DNA of 64,000 nucleotides from NCBI RefSeq assembly GCF_036321535.1, contig NC_087437.1, forward strand, positions 28,522,001 to 28,586,000, given 5' to 3'. The stretch's first letter is position 1. Each line of letters begins with the position of its first letter. Positions 54,753-64,000 of the stretch are shown here, piece by piece. The position numbers and the translations under genes are program-made. The notes beneath the pieces are model-generated. The model saw only the letters and a program-made list of their open reading frames with translations. It had not been told where the DNA came from and searched no databases. Origin of the DNA: Camelus dromedarius (Eukaryota).

Positions 54753-54816
54753 CCCCATCCTTGATGCTTCTACACTGTTGGGTGCAACATCCTGTCCTGC
54801 AGCAGCAGGAAAAATG
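54753..54816 (+). CDS. MBNL1: MBNL1 minor 64-nt cassette exon
   Basis: Acceptor tttcgacag|CCCC and donor ATG|gtatga. One frame reads (S)PILDASTLLGATSCPAAAGKM, a segment I recall from minor MBNL1 isoforms; the canonical frame reads PHP*. Confidence 0.85.
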
Positions 54817-55029
54817 GTATGAGAAGCTTCATTATGCTTGGAGCACATTTTCGTGCCATTTGCCAATGCTGTAAAATTGTGTAAAGATGTCAGCTGAGAA
54901 ATGGAAATAAAATAGAGACATATTAATTTACACTCCAGACTGTGGATTGTGATAATGTGGAATGAGTCTAAGACATCTAAATTGAAACAGCAACAACAAA
55001 ATGCCTTCATGTATGTGATTTCACTGTCC

Positions 55030-55190
55030 TCCCATCAACCTTGCTGAAACGGGATTAGTGCCATTTTAGAGACGAAGAAACTGAAGCACGGAGGGACTGA
55101 GTGCTTTGCTCAGGGGCACACACCCGGAAATGGATCAGTAGTGTTAGGACCTGTGCTTCCGGTCCTCTGATTGTCTTAGTCTATTCTAGC
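55030..55190 (-). mobile_element. MIR SINE
   Basis: ccattttagagacgaagaaactgaagcacggagggactgagtgctttgctcagggg. Confidence 0.65.
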
Positions 55191-55887
55191 CTCTCCCAGG
55201 ATAGCAGTCCTAATTCTGGGTTGGAGAAGAATCAGGCTACAAATTGGAAAATCTTGGCTTTGGGGAAACAATTGGTTTCTTATTGTATTTTCTCTCAAGT
55301 TTTTTGTTTTTTTTTTAATTCTCTTGCCCATTTAAAATACAATAAAATGTGTAATCAGGTTTCAGAAATATGTTCTGAAGTAAACTTATGCTCTTATTCG
55401 ATTCTTTTGACATACTCCTTTGTAATTCTTACCTGGTATTTTTCATTTGGGGAGAAAAAAAAACCATGAGACACCAGAAGTTGAATGAAAATGTAGAAAT
55501 TGGTTGCACAAAAATAGGCAAGACATGTTGTACTTTGATTTCTGGATTACCGAATAACCGAAACCACAGGGGTGTGTGTGTGTAGGCCAACAAAAAGGGC
55601 TTCTTTTCAATTACTGCTCTGCATGAATTTTTGGTAGTTTTACTTCTTTTACTTCCTAAAAACTGATAACATTTATAGAATAGTATTTAACACAAAGATT
55701 TCGAAACAATGGGTTGCTACTTTGGCATTAAGTTTACATTAACTTACTGTTATGTTGACCAGATAAGGACTATCACCTCACAGCTGAATTTCACGTATCT
55801 TAAAAAATTTAATATTAAAATGTTTTCATCTCTTGGATGTTGGCTTGCTTGCATGGATCATTCATTAAATAATTTTTTATTTGCTAG

Positions 55888-55944
55888 ATACCCATAATAT
55901 CTGCCGAACATCTGACTAGCCACAAGTATGTTACCCAGATGTAG
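55888..55944 (+). CDS. MBNL1: MBNL1 last canonical coding segment; the exon spans 55888-55962 (75 nt, including 18 nt of UTR)
   Basis: Acceptor ttttatttgctag|ATA. Translates IPIISAEHLTSHKYVTQM with TAG at 55942-55944; donor ACA|gtaagt at 55963. Confidence 0.97.
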   Translation: MPIISAEHLTSHKYVTQM

Positions 55945-56260
55945 AATTTTCATCACTGAACAGTAAGTTCATTAAGTAATATGGAGTATATTTTTGTGGT
56001 GGGTTTTAAAAAAATATAACAATTTTGTAATGCACTTAAGAGAGTTTTGCAAAATGTCAAAGAATATATTTATGTAGAGCGCTCAATTATATCTTAGATG
56101 GGTTATGAGGCATTTTATCATGTGAATTTATAATAAATACGTTAATGGCACTTAATATACATAATACTTAGGGTCAGTAAATGTTGTTTTTGTTTTATAT
56201 TAGAAATAAACATAACCATGAAGGAAAAACACCATCCAAAACTAAATAGAAGGCATAGGT

Positions 56261-56478
56261 CAGGGGTTGGCAAACTTTTTCTTAAAAGACCGGATGGTAG
56301 ATATTTTTGGCATGTGGGCTATATGATTTGTGTTGCAGCTGCTCAGCTCTGCCATTGTAGTGTGAAGGCGCCCAGAGGCAGTGTGTAAAAGGGTGTGCTG
56401 TGTCCCGGGTAAAACTTTATTTACAAAAATAGGCAGCAGGCCGGCTGTGGCTCACAGGCAGTAGCTTGCTGATTCCTG
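56261..56478 (+). mobile_element. MER58A (hAT-Charlie)
   Basis: Starts caggggttggcaaactttt, contains ctcagctctgccattgtag and taaaactttatttacaaaaataggc, ends ttgctgattcctg. Degenerate 8-bp TSD gcataggt/gtgtaggt. Confidence 0.85.
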
Positions 56479-58531
56479 GTGTAGGTCAGCATTTGTTTTA
56501 TTTGAAAATTGTTTGGCTAAATCCTAAAGGAGAACATAAACCCACTTTACCCCATGCTTCCCCACACACGGGGTCATTAGAATGTAGAGTCTGACTTTAA
56601 ATAAATACATTCACACAGTCACATACATGCACGCACACACACACACACACCCCTACACCTGCATATGCGTAGATAAACTTTAGATGCTTTAGAATAGTCT
56701 CTTTGGAAGAGCCTATAGTGCTGCAGATGTTACCATTGCTCAAATGGTGGAAGTTCTGGTGGTTTGCCTTCAGACATGTTGACTTAGATACTTGCAAAGA
56801 TGGGCATTTTTCATCCTCAGAGGATCTGTTTTATTCAATACGCCTACATTCAAGTTATCATATGTGCCCAGAAGTATATTAGGTAGTTATTTTTATATTT
56901 AAAAAGAGCCATGGCGTTTAAAACTGAATCTGGTAAATAAGACGGGTGATCATCCTTTGTTGCTTCCTTTCATTCATTTATCTTTTGATCAACACATTCA
57001 CCGGTGACTTTTTGGTGCCTACCCTGTGTTATTTACCCGGTCGATGAAATCAAGGTGACTAGACAATGAGATAAAGGTGTCACTTACAGCGCTCCATGTT
57101 AAAGTAAGAGAGGTTTCAATGAATTTCTTGGAGCCAAGATGAAGGAGCTTCCTAACAGACTCAGAAATTAAGTGAATTTGGACAGTGGGTGTTGTTATAG
57201 AGAGAAGGGAGAAGTAAGGGCCTTATAGAAAAAGGGATGGGGTGTTGAGTCAGGAGATGGCGGCAGAGAACCCGTTCAGAACCTTTGTGATAATAGCCCA
57301 CAGGAAGAGCTGCTTGAAGGTCGAGCCCATGCAGAAGAGTAGAGACAAAATATGAGAGCCATGTAAGAAAAAATGGTAGACTCAGTTTGAGAAGTCCCTC
57401 CCCAAGATGTGCTACAATCCCGAATTAAACTATTGAAACTGATTTTTACCTAGTTCATAAGCTCTCTCAATGCAGTTCTGATAATAAGGTTTATTATTCT
57501 GAACAACAGCCACATTTTTTAATGAACACATCACTTCATAGTATGTAGGTTTGGAAGCAGAGGTCTCCTTTTGACATGTTAAAAAAAATGTTTCAAGCTC
57601 TCATAGTCACTTGGGTATGTTTGTTATGTATCTGTGTAACTATGTTCTATTTCTTAGCAATAATCCAGGTTGAAAAAAATGATACCAAATGGCTGTAAGT
57701 TCATCGGTCAGCAAACCAGTGGATTTGTCTGTATTGAAACATACTCTTTAATGTTCTGTTTATTTAACAAGTGATTCCTCATTTTCACGAGGAGTTGCAA
57801 TATTTAAACTGGTTTTCGAGTGCAGCAAAATGGTGATTTCTTTCATTCTCAAAGTTGTATTCTAAAGCATACTTTAACATGTAAAGATTCTCTGATGGGA
57901 ACAAATCTCATGTAAAAATGAAACTAGTAATTCACAAGTACATTGTAATATCGATTCAGCCACAGTTTGTCAGGGGCATATGGGATGATTTTAATTTTTC
58001 TTGGCTTTAGGGGAAAAAAATCCAAATTTTAAATTATCCAAAAGAGTCACTTTTTAATTTTCTTCCAAACAGATACTCTGCTAATCAAGCACCCAAATAT
58101 AGCAAACTGTGTTTAACAGGATTGATGCCTGGATTTTCATTTTGTGGGCCAAGACATTACCCTTGAAACCTATTAGACTTTAGAAGAAAAATAAAGTGAA
58201 TTGTAAATTCCACCCCACAATGATGATGCTAAAAAGAGCTTTACTACATTATGCCCCTTGGTTCTGCAAATGTGTTTTGTACTTTGAGCTTGGTATTGGG
58301 TGATATTTGTGCAGATTATACAATTTTATGAAGCCGTGCTTGTCATTTTATTCTCAAAGAGATGATAAACAAATTTAGGTCCATCTGTACTTGTGAAGTG
58401 TTTTTTGGTTTTTACATGAAGCTACAGCGTCCACTGTAAAGGAAGAAATTCAGTTTTCTTGTTGAATGTATGTTGAAACTGCTTTTAGATATTGTCTGTT
58501 GTAACGAAGATTATCTCTTTTTCCCTTGTAG

Positions 58532-61500
58532 ATCATACTAAAGAGGAAAGGACAGTGTGCTTGGTTAGAGTAAAGGACGAGGTCATTAGCCATATTGTAT
58601 ATACCGTCAAGCAACACACACAAAAACCCCTCAGCCACAAGACATCCACATATTGCATGCTAACCAGAAGAAAAGACAACATGGAAATCCACTGCACACT
58701 GTTGCCTATACACTTTGTACATTTAATTGATATTTGTGCTGAGGTGATATTCCTGTCTAAAAGAACAACATTGTCTTTCTTTTCTAGCACAGAGTGATGC
58801 ATTCAAATATGCAGACCTAATTAGTTTCCTATATATTCATGCCATCTTGAAAAGACAGACTATGGTGTAACCATGATTCTATTATGTATTGGTACGTCTG
58901 TAGACCAAGATATAATTTTTTAAAAAATAAGTTTATTTCTTTCAAGGTTTACAAATAACAAAGGTGCACCTTGTATTTAAAATTGCCATTATAGATGAGA
59001 GCGTGCATGCACAGTCATTTTTGTTTAAGAGTAATATTTTTAATGTAATAGATTTTAAGATGTGGTGAGGGAGGGATCTGACAGAGATGAATGTGCCAAG
59101 CAAAACCACAACTGTGTATCTTTTAAAGCACATCATGGCTTTAAGTACCATGTTGTTAAGGATTCTCATGAAGTGCCATAGACTGTACATCAAATTAGAG
59201 TATTATTTCTTCAGTGTTATTGTTTTCAGAGCCACATTTGTTGCTTATTTGCTATTTGCTAGTACTAATCAGTCAAAGGGCACCATTCTTTTTCTTTCTT
59301 TTTTTTTTTTTTTTTTTTTTTTTGGAAACCAAAGCTGTCTCAGAAATGGCCGATTTAACTTTGCAGTAACCATAGACAGCACAACACAAACTCTCAATAC
59401 AGATAAACTCACACATACTGGAGATATATATAATAGATATATATAAAATTATTTTAATGCATTGTAGTGTAATATTTATGCATACTATACTGTATAACAT
59501 GTTATTCAAAAGGGATATGCCATTTCTGAGACACGATAACAAAAAAAAGTTTGAGGAAATTCTTTTGCTTCTATTTATAGCTCTGTCAAAAGTCAAAAGA
59601 CTCTAAATGCTTTGCAAAAATGGTTTCACATTTGCTTAAATGCTTCATCACAGTCACATTTAAAATAAGTGACTCTAAACAAAGACGAAAGCAGCACTGT
59701 CATCAGATGCATGATAAACCAAAATACAAAAATGGGAAATGTTTAATTAACCTAGTAATTGGGTGGGTGATGTACATGGGTGAATTTTATATGTGATTTG
59801 TTTTGTTTTGTTTTGTTCAGATTTACTGCTTATAGCCTTAGAAAGCCTTTTACAAAATTAAAAAAAAAATAGATGTGCATTCAGTTTCTAAGAATGGATT
59901 CATCCAAAGGAATTCCTTTTTTTGTGGTTTGGATGTTGCAGCTTGTAAAGGATATTTTTGCTCTGATTCAGCAGTTCTAAAAAAAATTGCTGAAGTCGGG
60001 GCCAGGTCACTGGTAGTTCTAGTATGGAATGGGAGAAGCGAGAGTTCAGTTATAGAACTTTCCATACTTCCAAGTTTACCGCAAGTTTTTATGCTTGAGA
60101 GAGATGCTTTCTAATATAAGACTGATGTGTTGATTTTACTGATTGTACTGTACATCTATTAAAGCCTTAGATTATTACATTACGGGTTGGAACCCACACC
60201 AATGTAATTTCAGTCGTGTTAAGAGAGTAATGGTGACTCCACATGTCATTGTAGTTAGTTACATTATAGAATATTACTTATTTTTCTTGTTAAAATGTAG
60301 TTTTTCATTTCCTACATTTATTAGATTTCATTTTCTATTAACAATTGAATACCATTTCAGTTTATAGACTATTGTTTTATTAGATTTTACCAATGAATTT
60401 TTCAAAATACACACAAAAAAAATTAAAGTAGTTTTTCCTTCATAACATACTCAGTTTTGAATTACATGTAGTGTCATGAGTATTCGTATTATTGTTAACT
60501 AAATGATTTATATTTTACTGATTTAATATTAAAGTGTAAGAATGTCAGTCATTGTTAGTTCTTGTCTAGTTTTCATTAAAAGAACAAAGATCTTTTATAT
60601 GGATATCTTATAAATATATAATCATTGCTAAGTAAGAAGTTAAGTTGTTGCTATTGCAACAATCCTGGCAGACAATTGAGTAATATTTTGATGATTTATT
60701 TTGTTTGTAATTAGTTATTATAAGAAAATCTAGATCCTAGATATTAGAATAAAATTTATTTTCTACTGTATCCATTTCAAATGTTAAAGTATTGTTTAAT
60801 ATTTTTGAAATCCCTGAATATCAGGCCTTGTTATAAATAAGCTGCATAATCAATAAATAGAACAAGGGACTTTTTGTTGATAATCCAAATACTCAAAGTT
60901 TACGTAATGAGAATTATAGCGTGTGTGCAAACTCTTGAGGGTTGATTATGCTGCAATTTAGCATGTTGGAACGTCTAGAGAGAAGGTTGACTTTTTGCAC
61001 TTCTGTATATAGTCAAAAGAGAGAAACCTGTATAATAGTAAGATCTTATTTTGAATAAAAACGTCTATAATTACAAGGAGTTTTGTTAAGGCTAATAAAA
61101 TGACAGACTGAGCAAAATTGCTTGCAAAAAAAGTGGCACAGAGTTAGCACTCCATATATTCCCCTTCAAACACGTTGCTTTGCTTTTTGTGGACAGCTTG
61201 TAGTTTGCCAGGATTTTTTCAGCTGGAAAGATATACCATCCTTCCAAGATCTCATGACTGACAAAAACTCCATTGGGCCAAATCTGCCTGAAGATCATTA
61301 CAAAAAATAGCAGGTACTTCAACCATTAAGGTGAAATCATGGATCAGATATTCCTTACATTTTTTCAAAACTACTGCATGTTTAAAACATCAACAAAACA
61401 AAAAAAAAAAAAAAAAAGAGAGAGAGGAAGAACTATACTGAGGACATATACTATTCAAATCAGTTTCTGCCAATTTCAGTGGTTTATTGTTCACACAAAA

Positions 61501-61998
61501 AGAAAAAAAAAATCTTCAAAACAAAGTATTGACTGTCACAAAATTTGAACCATCAACAGGCAAACCAAACAGCACACCGTAGCTATAGTTGTTATGTGAT
61601 TGTTTTTTAATTGCTGTAGGGATGCTGTTCTTTCAGCAGGTGAAAAAATAAGACACAGTTCAAACTTCACGGTTTTCATTTTCAACTCAGAAGCACTCAA
61701 AAAAGCAAATGTGATAACGGGCACTTGTTGAATTAGTGGATCCAGCCTTCACTCCAGCTGGTTATGACGTTGCACTTACCAGCAACCCTACCGCCTTCGT
61801 CTGCTGAAAGGACAGATATGCTTGGTTTTACTATTATGTAATCACAACTTACTTTCTGCTTGTAGTTGCTTAAAATTATGTATTTTGTCTTGGGCTGCAA
61901 TTTGTTTTATGCTTATTTTATTATTACTGCAGTAGTTGATTTTGCTGTATGGAAAAATAAAGTGAAATTGCCCTAATAAAACTTCTCTTTCTTAAGTA
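58532..61998 (+). other. MBNL1: MBNL1 terminal exon / long AU-rich 3' UTR (3' end approximate)
   Basis: Acceptor tctctttttcccttgtag|ATCATACTAAAG. About 3.5 kb AU-rich with no interspersed repeat I could recognise, ending at two AATAAA followed by GT/T-rich sequence. Confidence 0.88.
61956..61980 (+). terminator. Distal polyadenylation signals (tandem AATAAA)
   Basis: AATAAA at 61956-61961 and 61975-61980, U-rich upstream with TGTA, and TCTGTGTATCTG downstream. Confidence 0.8.
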
Positions 61999-62509
61999 TA
62001 TCTGTGTATCTGAGATTGAAGAGTAAGTTATTTCGGCGTGTTTCGAGCACTCATGCATGTCTGTCTGTGTGAACAGATTGATGGGAACGTTCATGGTCAG
62101 GTGTTTACTGATGGCAGGTGAGGCCTTCACTCTCTTCCTCACTCACCTTTGCTACCAAGAGGGCGATTCTGAACCCCGATGTGTTGCCGACCTCCGCCCA
62201 GTGTTTCTTCTGAAAAATCTTGCCCTCCCTTCCTCTGACACTTTAAGTGCTGTTTGATATATTTTAGGTGCAGGAGGGGAAAACTCTTAAGGGGAAAAAA
62301 GAAACTCTTGAATCAGTTCTAAATCACTGTCTTTCTATACACGAAATTTTATTTGTCTGACTGCCCCAAGAGACTAGCCCTGGAAAACAGGCAATCTAAG
62401 AGAATATTTCAGTAATAATTGAAATGAAGTGACGATGACACTTGATTTGGAGGGATTAAAGTGTTTATGCACACGCACAGCTGAGCCAGGACATGACGTT
62501 ACTCTTCAG

Positions 62510-62557
62510 GGGTGGGGGGAGGGAGGGAGAGAAAGAGTGTGTGTGTGTGTGTGCGCG
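62510..62557. repeat. G/A-rich run followed by (GT)n, downstream of the poly(A) site
   Basis: ggggtgggggggagggagggagagaaagagtgtgtgtgtgtgtgtgcgcg. Confidence 0.75.
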
Positions 62558-64000
62558 AATCTTTTAAATGGTAGATTAAAAATTCGGTTGAAGTGAGGCC
62601 TGGTATCCATATGGCTTTGCCTTTTGCAGTTTTCACAGAGAGTCAGTGAAAGCCAAAGTTCCCGTGTGAAGAAATTTGCTCATCTGACCATTTAGTGCTA
62701 CTTTTTGGGACTGTGCCGCCTGGCATTTGGTCAAGGGCTGCAAGTTCTCCTTTGTAGTTCAGTACATTTTTTTCTAAAATTTATTGCGTTAAAAATAAGT
62801 ACACTATTAATAATTAATACAGTTCTGTTACTGGTTGAGCTCTAGAAATATTTGTTATTTTTATTGGACCCCACTATTCAAGGTGCTGCTTTTCAAAGAG
62901 AGTAGCTGCTCTGGAGGTGATTACCTAAAGCAGGGGTTCACAATCTTTGTGAGTAGCATCAAAACATCTGACTCTCTCCAATTAGGGATAGTATTTTTGG
63001 GTATCTTTTAATTGAAAAAAATATAACAAAAAGCCATTGTAACATTTTTATTAATCACAGCAGAATATCTGTGCATCTGAAAGATGGTATTTGAGATAGT
63101 CATTCCCCAGACAATGCTGGTTGTTGAGGTGTTATTGCCACGGTGACCACTAGGGGTCCTCAGCTCACAGGACCCCTGGGGACCTTGTCTTAAAAGTACA
63201 GTTTCCCATTTCATTGCAGAACCTTGACACTCTTGAAGTTTACACTTTGGAATGACCCTGAAAGTCAGTGACCTTCTATAATTCTCCTGAGGCACACTTT
63301 TGAACAGTAGCTTCTTTCTTGCAGGAAACAGTCACTTAACATGTAAGTGAATCTGTGGGACAGTGAGCAACAAGATTTTGCTGTTTTTTCTGCTTGGTTT
63401 TACACCACTCACTGATGCGTCTGAGGCAGGCTACTAGTTAAGGTAGTCTACTGTGTGTTCTGGAGAAAAACAACTATGTTACAATATTCAAGGATTTGGA
63501 AACTTTTGACAGCCTAGAACATACCTACTTTGAATGTTGAAAGTCTATTGTATTAACACCATGAAGAGATCCAAGAACGTGAAACTTGGAGATTTAAATG
63601 TGAAGGGATTTGTGTTGACTTCTCTTGACCTGTCAAAACAACACTGGGCCTCAATGAAGTGAAGTGGCCTTGTGCCATGGCCAGCCTTGGCCCAGCCTCC
63701 AGCACATCGTACTTGCCATGGTTGGTCCCAGCTTTGCTTAGAAGAGGCCTCGGCACCAGCAGCTCTTGGGGCGGGTGGTCAGTCTGCAGCCACCCTCAGG
63801 CTGTGGCTGTGCGAGGCCAGGCCACGGCCTCCTCCAAACTTCTTGGGAGTTGGACTCTGGGTTCTCAAGGGGCCCTGTGCACTCTGAACCCCAGAAGAGG
63901 AAAAGCAGATGTGTGCTGCGGCTGACCTGGGCCTGGGGCTCAGGGACTCTCCTCCCAAGAGCTGTCTGCACCTGCCCTGCACACCTGTCACCTCGGCGGC

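Noticed and set aside
5896..57252. Scattered AP-1 (TGASTCA) sites
   Set aside because: The number I noticed is about what chance predicts in 64 kb, with no clear clustering.
1..64000. CRISPR array, operon, defence system, or a snoRNA/miRNA gene
   Set aside because: The sequence is a spliced mammalian gene. I saw no regularly spaced repeats and no recognisable structured RNA; an Infernal/Rfam scan would be needed to exclude small ncRNAs fully.

Overview
This is mammalian genomic DNA, probably camelid given two tRNA-Ala(AGC)-derived Vic-1-like SINEs. It holds the 3' part of MBNL1 (muscleblind-like splicing regulator 1) on the + strand. The first coding exon (ATG, ZnF1 and start of ZnF2) is not in the window, and positions 1-22197 are intron. 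Nine coding or cassette exons were read with GT-AG boundaries (171, 201, 258, 54, 154, 36, 95, 64 and 75 nt), followed by a ~3.5 kb terminal exon ending at tandem AATAAA near 61960-61980. The rest is intron with MIR, L2, L1, MLT1, MER20, MER5, MER58A and Tigger-type relics and microsatellites; repeat family names are by recall and their edges are approximate. There is no prokaryotic system, CRISPR array or genuine RNA gene. The most interesting signals are in the splicing architecture: long AG-free acceptors with YGCY and TGCATG motifs, multi-frame reading of the 3' exons, a latent IILK coding start in the terminal exon, a recursive-splice-like junction, a candidate 60-nt exon, and a tiny nested retro-insertion.
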